A stretch of 64,000 bases of DNA, taken from Myxococcota bacterium. Its GTDB lineage: Bacteria; Myxococcota_A; SURF-8; G963663525. The notes below the pieces were generated by a model that saw nothing but the letters and a program-made list of their open reading frames with translations, was not told the origin of the DNA and made no database searches. The stretch covers positions 9,441 through 73,440 of the forward strand of contig CAXXVK010000057.1 in the NCBI GenBank assembly GCA_963676915.2, written 5' to 3'. The translations under genes were made by a program, and so were the position numbers. Every line of letters starts with the position of its first letter. Positions within the stretch are counted from its first letter, which is position 1. This document shows positions 1 to 9,730 of the stretch, in pieces.

Positions 1-224
1 GCCTTGGATTTGCTAGTCAGGCTGTCTCCCTGGCCGTCCGGGGTACCGAGCAGACAACCGAAAGCGCTGGCCTGGCACAAGTCTTCCATGAACGTTCCAC
101 CGGTGGTGGCATAGTCCACATTGCCTTCCCATTTATCGGTCGGTTCGAGCGCCTGGGCGGACGATATCGCGAAAAACATCCATAAAACGGTGGAAAGCAA
201 ACACATGCGTGAAGATAGCTTCAT
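1..224 (-). CDS. N-terminus of an exported protein (runs off the window edge)
   Basis: Manual translation from ATG 224, after CAGGAG RBS: MKLSSRMCLLSTVLWMFFAISSAQA-LEPTDKWEGNVDYATTGG...; Sec signal peptide with an AQA cleavage site; frame stays open to base 1. Confidence 0.75.
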   Translation of the reverse strand, partial: MKLSSRMCLLSTVLWMFFAISSAQALEPTDKWEGNVDYATTGGTFMEDLCQASAFGCLLGTPDGQGDSLTSKSK

Positions 225-319
225 TGGTAACTCCTGACCTAAGCTGCTTGTTCGGCGTCTAATTCCGAATTTCTATATTTATCGTTTCGGCGGGGGGTGT
301 GTCAAATTTTACCGTGGGT

Positions 320-1726
320 TTATAGATCCATCTCCGCGTAAAATCGTTCCTTTTTGGTGATCAGTTCCTCTCGGGATACTTCACAGGCCGCATCGGCGAG
401 CATAGGTTTTTGTTGGAACAAAGGATTGAAATCACGAGGCAATTTCTCGGGAAGCCAGCCGTTTCGGCGAGCGGTTTCGAACAAGCGCGTTCCCGGCAGC
501 GCTACGGCGAACTGCACAAGGGGCTTCGCTCCCGTGCGCTCGTGCAATCGGCGAGCGAAATCCAGTGTCCGGTCGATCTGTTCGCGGGTTTCTCCGGGTA
601 GACCGATGATGAAATGCAGCAGGCAGGGCAGCTCGAATTCCCGACACCAGGAAGCCGCCTGTTCGATACGGGCAAGATCCAGCCGTTTGCCGATGACATC
701 GTTGATCACTTCTCCGTCCCCGGATTCCGGCGACAACGAGAGCAGATCGATGCACCCGGCCAGTCGTTTCACCTGTTCGCGGTTCAACGCATCTCCCCGT
801 AATCCATTGGGAAACGCCGCTTTCAGGTTGGTGCGTTCCAGAAGATCCAACAGGCGGTCGAAGTGTTCCGGCTGTACGTTCGCCGCCTCGTCGAGAAACA
901 CGAGCCGGGTCACCGTCGGCTGACCGGCGAGGTAGGACACGGCGCGTTCGAGATCTTCCGGCGGTACGGGACGCCAGGGACTTTTCCCACCACGAGCCGC
1001 CGATTGTGCCGTGCAAAACAGGCAATGATGGGGACAACCCCGCGAGGCTTTGATAGGAATGCAACCGGAGTCGAAACCGAAAGAGTCCGAACCCTCGGGA
1101 TAGGCTTTCGACAAAAACGAAGCGAAAACGTCGAGATCCAGCGCTTCGTACAGGGAAGCATCCAGATTTCGTAGAAATTGCGGGGCTGCACCGTGGCGGA
1201 TCTCCAAGGATTCGCCACGCTTGGGCAAAGAATGAGCCAGTGATTTCAGGGTGTTATCCGCTTCTCCGGTGAGGATGCCATCCGGGACGATGGGCCAGGA
1301 GGCGACCGAGGCGGGATCGTAGGCGATGTAGTTCATTCCACCGACGTGCATGTCGGCCAGCCAGATCGGTCGTTCGGGTTGGGCGCGACGCAGTCCGCCG
1401 ACGATGGCCGCCAACAACTTGTCCGAAGGGCTTTGCACGCTGAAAGGATCGTAGTGAATCACGGCCAAATCGCACCGAATCGCTTCCAATCGTGCTAAAA
1501 AGGAACGAATCGTCGGCCCCAGCCAGCGATACCCCTGGGCATTGGGTGGTCCGTATGTGGCATCGGGGAGCAGAAAGGCGTCGAGCACATCCACGCCAAA
1601 CCCTTCCGCACGCAGATTGGCAACATTCCACCAGCACCCGAATCCGACAAAGGGCGGGTAGTCGATAGCGTCACGATGCACCTGCAAGGGGGGACGCACC
1701 AGCAAAATGTTCGGTTTTCGGACCAC
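320..1726 (-). CDS. Cobalamin-binding-domain radical SAM protein
   Basis: SRGCPHHCLFC is the CxxxCxxC motif; SPESG, FIIGLPGET and ALPGT are typical of B12-dependent radical SAM enzymes; N-terminal ILLVRPP...VDVLDA Rossmann-like domain. Confidence 0.9.
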   Translation of the reverse strand: MVRKPNILLVRPPLQVHRDAIDYPPFVGFGCWWNVANLRAEGFGVDVLDAFLLPDATYGPPNAQGYRWLGPTIRSFLARLEAIRCDLAVIHYDPFSVQSPSDKLLAAIVGGLRRAQPERPIWLADMHVGGMNYIAYDPASVASWPIVPDGILTGEADNTLKSLAHSLPKRGESLEIRHGAAPQFLRNLDASLYEALDLDVFASFLSKAYPEGSDSFGFDSGCIPIKASRGCPHHCLFCTAQSAARGGKSPWRPVPPEDLERAVSYLAGQPTVTRLVFLDEAANVQPEHFDRLLDLLERTNLKAAFPNGLRGDALNREQVKRLAGCIDLLSLSPESGDGEVINDVIGKRLDLARIEQAASWCREFELPCLLHFIIGLPGETREQIDRTLDFARRLHERTGAKPLVQFAVALPGTRLFETARRNGWLPEKLPRDFNPLFQQKPMLADAACEVSREELITKKERFYAEMDL

Positions 1727-1749
1727 GGACGACGTTCCTTATTCCAACC

Positions 1750-4700
1750 TCAGTAGCAGGAACAATAGGCGAAAGAACCGCTCGCTTGGCAACTGCCGCT
1801 TCCGCCGATGGAACAGTATTGCACACAGTCGGTAACCGTCCAAACCCCGTCGAAAGAATCGCAGGAACAAACCGTCGTGTCGTCCAGGCAATAGTCGTCA
1901 TCGTAGAAAGAACAGGAACCGGAGCATGTCCCGGACCCGCTGCAGTCGTTTTGGTCCCAGTCGCAGCCGGAACAGTCGCAATCGTCATCGTTTGCATAAC
2001 CGCAAGGATCGTCGGTATAGCAGCATTCTTCGTAGGCCGAATGTCCGGGGCAGAGTTGTCCCGAGGAACCGCCGCAGTCCGCATCATCCCAGTCGCAAGC
2101 TCCGTTGCAATCGCATTCGTCGTCGTCGGACCAGCCGCAGGGGTCGTCGCTGTAACAGCAGGGAGAACTTCCCGTGTATCCGTCGCAAACGTTTGCATCG
2201 GCCTGGATTTCCACAGCGGTGAACAGGTAATCGTTTTCGCCGCCCTGCGTGTCGTAATACTGCACCGCCACGAAGTACGTCCCGGCGGCGGATGGCTCGA
2301 ACAGCGCCGTTTCGTTATTGGTCGAGCGGTTGTCGTCATAATGCCAGCAGGAACCGGAGGTCTGCGAACAGCCCGTACTGTCGTAAATGACGATCATGGC
2401 GTCCCAACCGGTGGGATAGACATCGAACCGGTATTTGTACCCGCTACGCGCCGTGAAACGGAACACCAGTTCCGGTCCGCTGGCGGATTGTGGGGCAAGT
2501 TGCCCTTTTTGCGAACAACCGGACACCTGGAGTTCGTCGTCGAGACAGAAGGTCTGCCCTTCCATGGCGTAGGGGAACGAATCGACGATCAGCGGTTCCT
2601 CGCAACTGGCGAGTCCTCCTTCACCGCAGGTACACAAACAGGTGTCTTCCTGGGCCGAGGCGGAATATCCGCAAGCCGTTCCTTCGGCATAGCCGTTTTC
2701 CTGGCAATATTGCGCACAGTTCCATTGCGTGTACTGACTCGTGTCCGAATCGCAGAGGCATAAGGTAAGGTCGTCTTCCATGCAATACGGATCGTCACCG
2801 TAGCAGTATCCGCTGCATTCATCGCCGCCGGATTCGTCGGAGCATTGGCAGACTTCGTACCCGGCCTCCGAGTGATACCCGCAATGATGGAAATAATTGT
2901 ATCCGGCATTGAGACAACCCGATTCGCAATCCACGACGGTCAACCGGTTGTCGTCTCCACAGAAGCACAACGACACACCGTCTTCCATGCAGGTATTGTC
3001 CTGGAGGCTGGAACAACTTCCCGAGCATTCTTCGGTACTTCCCGAACAATCCGCATCGTCCCAGGAACAGGCGCCCATGCAGTCGCAGGAATCGTTTCCG
3101 GCCATCGAACAGGGATCGTCGGTCTTGCAGCAGCTATCGAAACCGTTGTAATCGGGACACCAGGTCGAGGGGGTCGAACCGTCGCAGCTTCCCGAGGACG
3201 GCAGACAGTAGCTGTCCCAATCGACCGTCTGGCAGGTGTAGCCGCTGGGGCAATCGGTGTTTGAATAACAGTCGTCGAGGCAAAAGCCGTCTACACAATC
3301 GAAAAAGCCTTCACAATCGTAAAAACTGCGACAAACCGTGCATTGTTGCCATACGCAGGTTCCCTCGGACCAATCGCAGGCTTCGCCGGGCTGGCAGTCG
3401 TCGTCACTGGTACAACGGCTCGTTCCCGTAACGCATTCGCCGGAATACCAGTCGCAGATCTGTCCCGTCGGGCAGTCGTCGTCGGAAGTGCAACCCCAGT
3501 CGTAGTCGCAGGTTCCCGTGGCCTGATTGCATTCGTAGCCATCGGGGCAGATGCTGGGATCATCCCGGCAGTCGGTGGATGAACTGTCCACCTCGCAAAG
3601 TCCCGTATAGGGGTTGCAGACATAGCCCAGCGGACAATCGTTGTCGGACTGGCACCCTTCATCGTCGCCGACCACGCACAATCCCGTTGTCGTGCTGCAA
3701 TACGTTCCTTCAGGGCACCATCCCCCCGGCTCGCGGCAGTCGTTGGGTATGCATTCACCGGTACTGGCGTTGCAGCTCGTTCCGGTAGGGCATACCGACC
3801 CGTCGCGGCAGTCTTCCGGCACGCAATAGCCGGTGGACTGGTCGCAGGTGGTGTCTTCGGAGCATACGGTGTTGGTGCGACAATCCGCCGGGACACACTG
3901 ACCGCTTGCTTCTTCGCAAACCATGCCTTCATCGCAAACGCCGGTCTGGCGGCAATCGGCGCTGGTCGTCGGGCAGGTGCGGGAGAATGGAAAACACTGT
4001 TTTTGCGAACCATCCTCGCTAACACGCATACAATAGGAATTGGTCATCGTGCAAGGCTGGTCGTTGGAGCAATCCACGCCGCAAAACGTGCTTCCGGTGG
4101 AATCGGGCAGACAAAGGTCTTCCGTACCGCCGCAATCGGCGTCGGTGGTGCAGGGTTCGCAGTATCCCAATCCTCCGGCGGGAATTTCTTCGCAACGGTT
4201 GGTTTGGGTGTTGCAATACTCACCGTCGGGACAACCCGTGACCCGGCATCCGGCCGGAGCCGTTCCGCAATAGCCGTCCGAGGGACGACAATACATGTTT
4301 CCCTGAATGGGTTGGCAGAGGTAGTCATCGGGACACTGGCCGTGGGTTTCGCAAGGAAGGGCGCAGAAAGAGCCTTCTTCGGGATCGGGCAGGCAGAGCG
4401 CTGACGCGTTGTTGCAATCCGAAACGGACGTGCAGACCGCACACAGTTTTTCGAAGGAGTCTTCCTCCTCGACGCAGCAGCCATCGATGCACTCGTGATC
4501 GGGCAATTCGTTGGCGAGGCAATCCATCGTTTCCTGGCAAGTCACCCCCGAGGCGCATCCGGTATTTTCGGTTTTGTCCGTATCGCCGGGAAGGTTTTCG
4601 TCCTGCTCGCACATTCCCGAGGTCAGATTGCAATGGCTTCCATAGCCGCAATCTTCGTCGCTCAGACAATCGTTTCCGGTCACCGGTACGATGCAGAAAC

Positions 4701-4875
4701 CGTCGATACACTGTTCGCCGAAGGCCATCTGGCAATCTTCATCCACGGTACAGGAAAACGTATCTTGCGTATCTGCAGCTACGTTCGATTGGTCGTCACA
4801 GGAAACCGCTCCGCCAATCACCAACAGGATCGTCAAACAGATCGCAAACCATGGGATTCCCGCTCGGGCTTTCAT
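1750..4875 (-). CDS. Large Cys/Asp-rich lipoprotein with several repeat types and a PPC-like beta-sandwich
   Basis: Likely start ATG 4875 after GGAGG (ORF track starts at 4920); lipobox AVS-C; many CxSDxDCxxGxxCxxxxGxC repeats; three CCxxDDPC..CDC..WD..DC modules; GPELVFRF...WDAMIVIY segment. Confidence 0.85.
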   Translation of the reverse strand: MKARAGIPWFAICLTILLVIGGAVSCDDQSNVAADTQDTFSCTVDEDCQMAFGEQCIDGFCIVPVTGNDCLSDEDCGYGSHCNLTSGMCEQDENLPGDTDKTENTGCASGVTCQETMDCLANELPDHECIDGCCVEEEDSFEKLCAVCTSVSDCNNASALCLPDPEEGSFCALPCETHGQCPDDYLCQPIQGNMYCRPSDGYCGTAPAGCRVTGCPDGEYCNTQTNRCEEIPAGGLGYCEPCTTDADCGGTEDLCLPDSTGSTFCGVDCSNDQPCTMTNSYCMRVSEDGSQKQCFPFSRTCPTTSADCRQTGVCDEGMVCEEASGQCVPADCRTNTVCSEDTTCDQSTGYCVPEDCRDGSVCPTGTSCNASTGECIPNDCREPGGWCPEGTYCSTTTGLCVVGDDEGCQSDNDCPLGYVCNPYTGLCEVDSSSTDCRDDPSICPDGYECNQATGTCDYDWGCTSDDDCPTGQICDWYSGECVTGTSRCTSDDDCQPGEACDWSEGTCVWQQCTVCRSFYDCEGFFDCVDGFCLDDCYSNTDCPSGYTCQTVDWDSYCLPSSGSCDGSTPSTWCPDYNGFDSCCKTDDPCSMAGNDSCDCMGACSWDDADCSGSTEECSGSCSSLQDNTCMEDGVSLCFCGDDNRLTVVDCESGCLNAGYNYFHHCGYHSEAGYEVCQCSDESGGDECSGYCYGDDPYCMEDDLTLCLCDSDTSQYTQWNCAQYCQENGYAEGTACGYSASAQEDTCLCTCGEGGLASCEEPLIVDSFPYAMEGQTFCLDDELQVSGCSQKGQLAPQSASGPELVFRFTARSGYKYRFDVYPTGWDAMIVIYDSTGCSQTSGSCWHYDDNRSTNNETALFEPSAAGTYFVAVQYYDTQGGENDYLFTAVEIQADANVCDGYTGSSPCCYSDDPCGWSDDDECDCNGACDWDDADCGGSSGQLCPGHSAYEECCYTDDPCGYANDDDCDCSGCDWDQNDCSGSGTCSGSCSFYDDDYCLDDTTVCSCDSFDGVWTVTDCVQYCSIGGSGSCQASGSFAYCSCY

Positions 4876-5183
4876 CTCTCCCCTCCATCCGCAAGAAGTT
4901 TCATCGTCCGGATTTTTCACAGTCGCACGTCGCTATGACAATTTTTCATTGTAAGGCGATACGAAAAATTATCAAACATGTTTTTCACTGGACGATTCGA
5001 AAAATGTAAGCGAAATGTTAGAGATAGGAAAATACCTCCTTCGAAACCTGTTGTTTTTGGCAAAACCTTGACCCTTTTCGGCGTGGCATGTATTTCTATA
5101 GAATTATGGCGGGGAACCGGAAACCCGCGACCACGATCCCAAATCCTTTCGATCGTCTTTCCGGAGACTGATGGGGACTCTTT

Positions 5184-6551
5184 ATGTATGGGCCTTCTTA
5201 TCGACCGAACGTAGGTTGGATTTTCACGATTCTGGTGTTTCTGTTCTGTTTTGGATCGGCTTTTGCACAGGACAACGATACTCCGGAAAGCGTCGATGAT
5301 AGCGTCGGCACACCTGCCGAAAACGACGACTACGACGACGATGACGATGATGACGACTACGACAAAGACGACAAGAACGACGATTCCGAGTACGACTCGG
5401 ACGACAGCTATTCCTCCGGCGGCTATTATCGGGCGGATGCTTCGGTCAAAGTGCTCGAAAAACAGGTGAAAGACCTGGAAAAGAAGCTGGAAGAGCAGGA
5501 AAAAGACAACAAGATCGCTTCGGCCCGAGCCAAAGCCCTGGCCGCGAAAATGGAGGTTCTCAAGCAGGAAACGGAAAAATCCGTCAAAGAATCGCTGTTT
5601 GACTGGAGTCTCTTTCTGGCAGTGGACGTGATGATGGCCCAAACCGAGGCGGACCCCTCGGGACTGAGCGTTAAAAAAGCCTCGATTTTGCTCGAAAAAG
5701 AAGTGCTTGACGGGAAACTGCAGTTCGTCCTCGAACCCGAATACGTTTACGACGGTATCCAAAACGATCACCACGCCGGATTCGGAACGGCGCTGGTGGA
5801 TATTTCGTTGCTTGAAAGAAACGCTACTGCAACCCAAAAACCGGCTTCCACCTACGAAATCGGTTTCGATCCTCTCTACGGACGCAATCACGATCACCAC
5901 GGATCTCGGTATGCCAAAAGCTACCTAGGTTTGCAATTCGGAATGCAGAACATCCCGTTCGGCGTGTTCGCCCGGTACGACGATCCCAGTCTGATGATGA
6001 TTCCTTCCGGCGACCTGGTTTCGGAGATGAGCGACCAGTCTTTCTGGGATGTTGCGCTGAGACTGTACGGCGGGCATGACTGGTTCGTCTGGGATAGCTG
6101 GATGGCTCGCGGACGACTGGACCGCTGGTCGGCGGGTGCCCGCTTCGGCGTGACTCCCATGGACCGGATGGAATTCGGCCTGTCCTACAAATGCGACTTC
6201 CGCAACTTCAGCGACGAAGAGCGGTTTCAGGACGCGGCGGCCTATTTCATGGCCGGTGTCTGGCGTATAGATTTCCTGGCCCAGTTCCTTTATCAGGAAG
6301 AAGCACGAGACAACGGCGACCGGCTTTACAACACCGGTGGAAACCTGGAAGTCCGTCTCGACGCCGACCGGCTGTATGGCGCGGCCCGATTCGACGGCAT
6401 GTACATGGGTGCGGACAAATTCTACTGGCGGTTCACGCCGAGTATCGGCTTCTGGGCCTATCCCAAAATCTTCACCATTCGCGCCATGTACCAGATCAAT
6501 TCGGAAGTCGACGACAATTTGGCGTTGATTCAATTGATGGCCCAGTACTGA
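5184..6551 (+). CDS. Probable outer-membrane beta-barrel (porin-like) with acidic N-terminal tract and coiled coil
   Basis: Signal peptide ending AFA-Q; poly-Asp/Tyr tract; coiled coil LEKQVKDLEKKLEEQ; amphipathic strands; C-terminal aromatic residue (AQY). Confidence 0.65.
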   Translation: MYGPSYRPNVGWIFTILVFLFCFGSAFAQDNDTPESVDDSVGTPAENDDYDDDDDDDDYDKDDKNDDSEYDSDDSYSSGGYYRADASVKVLEKQVKDLEKKLEEQEKDNKIASARAKALAAKMEVLKQETEKSVKESLFDWSLFLAVDVMMAQTEADPSGLSVKKASILLEKEVLDGKLQFVLEPEYVYDGIQNDHHAGFGTALVDISLLERNATATQKPASTYEIGFDPLYGRNHDHHGSRYAKSYLGLQFGMQNIPFGVFARYDDPSLMMIPSGDLVSEMSDQSFWDVALRLYGGHDWFVWDSWMARGRLDRWSAGARFGVTPMDRMEFGLSYKCDFRNFSDEERFQDAAAYFMAGVWRIDFLAQFLYQEEARDNGDRLYNTGGNLEVRLDADRLYGAARFDGMYMGADKFYWRFTPSIGFWAYPKIFTIRAMYQINSEVDDNLALIQLMAQY

Positions 6552-6555
6552 TTCG

Positions 6556-7704
6556 GTGAAAACGTTCATGATTCGGCTATGGTCCAAACCGGCGTTTGTT
6601 GCTCTTTTCCTGCTTTTCAGCGTGATGGCCTGCGACAAGGTGGAGGTCGATCCCAACGAATTGCGCCTCGACTACCACCCGTCGCTTTCCTCCGACTCCC
6701 CAAAAGGCGCAGAAAAAACTCCTGAAAAAACAAGCGCTTTGAACATGGCCAGCCTGGGTCTGCTCCAAGGTAAGGTCACGGTCAACGAGCATCAGAAACC
6801 GGAGCACGGCGAACGATTGAAGGGCGGCGACGTTCTCCACGGAAGCGGAAAAAAAGCGTTCGTCGAGGTGTCGTTTATCGACGGTTCCTTGCTGCGGGCC
6901 GCCGGATTCCAAACGCTGGCGCTCGAACAGGTGGTGTTCAAAGTTCAAGGACAACCTCTTCGTCGCGTTTCGTTAACAGCCGAAGGCGGCGACTGGTGGT
7001 TGCATACCCACGACCTGACCGGCGTTCCGGGGGAAATGGAAGTTAAAACCTCCCGAATGACTGTCACCTTGAAAGAACCCGCGACGGTGCGGTTGTCGTT
7101 CGGAGTTCAGGGAATGCTGATTCAGGCGCGTGAAGGCCGTGCCGAAGTGACCTGGACCGGTCTCGAGACGCCGGTGGTCGTGTCTCAAGGCGAGGAATTT
7201 AGGCTGCCGATCTCCGGCGAACCCGGAGGAGAGCCGAGGACATTTATCGGAACGGACGCCTTCACAGACCGTATGCTTGCCTTGGACAAAGGGCTGAAGG
7301 CGTTTCGTGATTTTACGAATACCTTGCAAAAACAATCGGTTGCCGCGTTGATCTTTCCACCGAACGGACCGGAGACGAAAACCGTCGAAGAAGACGACGG
7401 GGTTCAGCTTCTGCATGCCAAAGCGTATTACAGAGCCATGCAACCCCGCTTCGACGACCGACAGTGGGCCACCCTCGAACCCAACCTGAGAATCTTCGTG
7501 GATAGCAACCCGCGCCCGTCGAGCGTCAAAGCCCGAACCTGGCTGGCCGAATGCCTGCTGGACCAGCAACGGTACAACGAAGCGGCCCGCGTCGCCGGAG
7601 AGACCTTCCGCCGTTTCCCGAAAAACGACCACGCCGAGCGCTTGAAAACCGTTCTGGATGCGGCAGCGGCGGGGCTTGTTGCCAAAACCAAAGGGCAACC
7701 GTAG
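6556..7704 (+). CDS. FecR-like domain lipoprotein with C-terminal TPR
   Basis: Lipobox VMA-C; GKVTVN...GDVL...EVSFIDGSLLR FecR-type pattern; C-terminal ARTWLAECL...FRRFPKNDHA TPR; 4 bp downstream of the barrel gene. Confidence 0.65.
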   Translation: MKTFMIRLWSKPAFVALFLLFSVMACDKVEVDPNELRLDYHPSLSSDSPKGAEKTPEKTSALNMASLGLLQGKVTVNEHQKPEHGERLKGGDVLHGSGKKAFVEVSFIDGSLLRAAGFQTLALEQVVFKVQGQPLRRVSLTAEGGDWWLHTHDLTGVPGEMEVKTSRMTVTLKEPATVRLSFGVQGMLIQAREGRAEVTWTGLETPVVVSQGEEFRLPISGEPGGEPRTFIGTDAFTDRMLALDKGLKAFRDFTNTLQKQSVAALIFPPNGPETKTVEEDDGVQLLHAKAYYRAMQPRFDDRQWATLEPNLRIFVDSNPRPSSVKARTWLAECLLDQQRYNEAARVAGETFRRFPKNDHAERLKTVLDAAAAGLVAKTKGQP

Positions 7705-7938
7705 ATCCGGAAATTTCATTTCCTTGTGTCGAAAGATAGAACCCAACCTACGATTTTTCCTACAAAAACGATTCACAACCCTTATCCGTCATTTTCATGG
7801 TTTTCTATCGCACCTATCTACGTATAATGGTATTGGTCTTCCGACCTCCAACGGACCGTCGGGGCACGAGATTCGATGTGATAAAACGAAACAAAAACGA
7901 ACGATTCGGTCCCAAGACCGAAAAAAGGAGCCTTTTTT

Positions 7939-9291
7939 ATGACGATACCAGCCTGTTTCAAAGCTTATGACGTACGAGGACGAATTCCCGACGAACTCAA
8001 CGAAGACCTGGCGTTCGCCATCGGGCGCGCTTATCCGAAGGTGGTGAAAGGCGCACGAAAGGTCGTTGTGGGCTGCGACGTACGGCCATCGAGCGAAGCC
8101 ATGCTAGCAGCCTTGACCCGAGGCTTGCGAAGTGCTGGCGTCGATGTGATCGATGTCGGCTTGTGCGGTACCGAAATGATCTACTTTGCCACAAGTTACC
8201 TTGAAACCGACGGCGGAATCATGGTTACGGCCAGCCATAACCCGAGTGATTACAATGGGATGAAGTTCGTTCGCGAGCAATCCAAGCCGATCAGCAGCGA
8301 CACCGGTCTGATGGATATCGGAGCCTTGGCCGCCGAAGGTCCGGGTGAAGCCGCCGAGCGTGAAGGTACTTTTGAGCGCGTGGATCTCTGGGACGCCTAC
8401 GTCGAAAAGCTGTTGCGTTTCGTAGAGATCGATCGACTCAAGCCGCTGAAAATCGTCACCGATCCCGGTCACGGCTGCGCGGGTCCGGTGATCGACCTGT
8501 TGGAAAAACACCTGCCGTTCGAGTTCATCAAAATTCATCACAACCCGGACGGCACGTTTCCCGCCGGGATACCCAACCCCCTGCTAATCGAAAACCGCGA
8601 TGCCACGGCTAACGCCGTACGGGAACACGGCGCGGACCTGGGTATCGCCTGGGATGGCGATTACGACCGCTGTTTCTTCTTCGATGAAAACGGCGCGTTC
8701 ATCGAAGGCTATTACCTGGTGGGATTGCTGGCCAAACAGCTACTGGCGGACCATCCGGGAGGAAAGGCGATTTACGATCCTCGCCTGACCTGGAACACCA
8801 TCGAAATGGTGAAGGAAGCCGGTGGAGAAGCTCTGCAACACCGCTCGGGACACGCGTTCATCAAAGAACGAATGCGGCAGGAAGATGCGGTGTACGGTGG
8901 CGAGATGAGCGCTCACCACTACTTTCGCGAGTTCAGCTATTGCGACTCGGGCATGATTCCCTGGTTGCTGGTCGTGCGGGCTTTGAGCGAAAACGGCATG
9001 AAATTGTCCGAAATGGTGCGGGATCGTCAAAAACGTTTCCCCTGCTCGGGAGAAATCAACAGCAAGGTCGAGGATGCCAAAGCCACAATCGCCCGCATCC
9101 GTCGCGATTTCGAAGCCGAAGCGCTCGACATCGACGAAACGGACGGCGTAAGCCTGACCTTCGAGAACTGGCGGTTCAACCTGCGTATGAGCAACACCGA
9201 ACCGGTGATTCGCCTCAATGTGGAAAGCCGGGGTGACGAAGCGTTGCTCCAAGAGAAAACCCAGGCGATTCTTGCCTGTATCAAGGAATAA
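7939..9291 (+). CDS. manB: Phosphomannomutase/phosphoglucomutase
   Basis: FKAYDVRG, TASHNP catalytic Ser loop, DGDYDR metal loop, GEMSAH, RMSNTEP; RBS GGAG. Confidence 0.93.
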   Translation: MTIPACFKAYDVRGRIPDELNEDLAFAIGRAYPKVVKGARKVVVGCDVRPSSEAMLAALTRGLRSAGVDVIDVGLCGTEMIYFATSYLETDGGIMVTASHNPSDYNGMKFVREQSKPISSDTGLMDIGALAAEGPGEAAEREGTFERVDLWDAYVEKLLRFVEIDRLKPLKIVTDPGHGCAGPVIDLLEKHLPFEFIKIHHNPDGTFPAGIPNPLLIENRDATANAVREHGADLGIAWDGDYDRCFFFDENGAFIEGYYLVGLLAKQLLADHPGGKAIYDPRLTWNTIEMVKEAGGEALQHRSGHAFIKERMRQEDAVYGGEMSAHHYFREFSYCDSGMIPWLLVVRALSENGMKLSEMVRDRQKRFPCSGEINSKVEDAKATIARIRRDFEAEALDIDETDGVSLTFENWRFNLRMSNTEPVIRLNVESRGDEALLQEKTQAILACIKE

Positions 9292-9327
9292 CCACACGAT
9301 CGATATCTGAGAAGAAACCGACCTTAC

Positions 9328-9355
9328 CGATGGATGGGGATTTCATCCCCGTCCA
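9328..9355. repeat. Short palindrome family C (GATGGAYGGGGAT-loop-ATCCCCGTCC), possible terminator after manB
   Basis: TGGATGGGGAT TTC ATCCCCGTCCA; near-identical copy at 13708-13734. Confidence 0.65.
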
Positions 9356-9422
9356 CATGTTTTTTCAAAGCAGATCTACAGCCATCATGATTTGGTTTTA
9401 GCAATCCCTATCCTTTTCATAA

Positions 9423-9516
9423 GAAGGGTGGCATGGGCGAACCGCAGGTTGCCCATGGTGATCGTTCGACCACGGGCAAGCGGACGTTTTACGTCGCTTG
9501 GCCAGTGCCACCCTTC
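9423..9516. repeat. REPIN-like element family D (GAAGGGTGGCA...TGCCACCCTTC ends, two internal hairpins)
   Basis: 11-bp perfect terminal inverted repeat; internal hairpins CATGGGCGAACC..GGTTGCCCATG and CAAGCG..CGCTTG; partial second copy at 50688-50760. Confidence 0.7.
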
Positions 9517-9730
9517 GTTTCCGAAATTCTCTATCGCTAACACCAAACAATGACGACTAATAGCGGAAACCCATTCTATTTCTCTGAGTGATCATTTTCA
9601 CCCAAATGAAAATTTTCCTGCGTTTTCCTCTTTTCAGGCACGAGTAACTACAGTATAACGCTTGCACTCGTTTTCCGTCCGACCCGCCATGGAAACGAGC
9701 CGTTTTCTCTACCGAAAAGGTCTTGGTATC

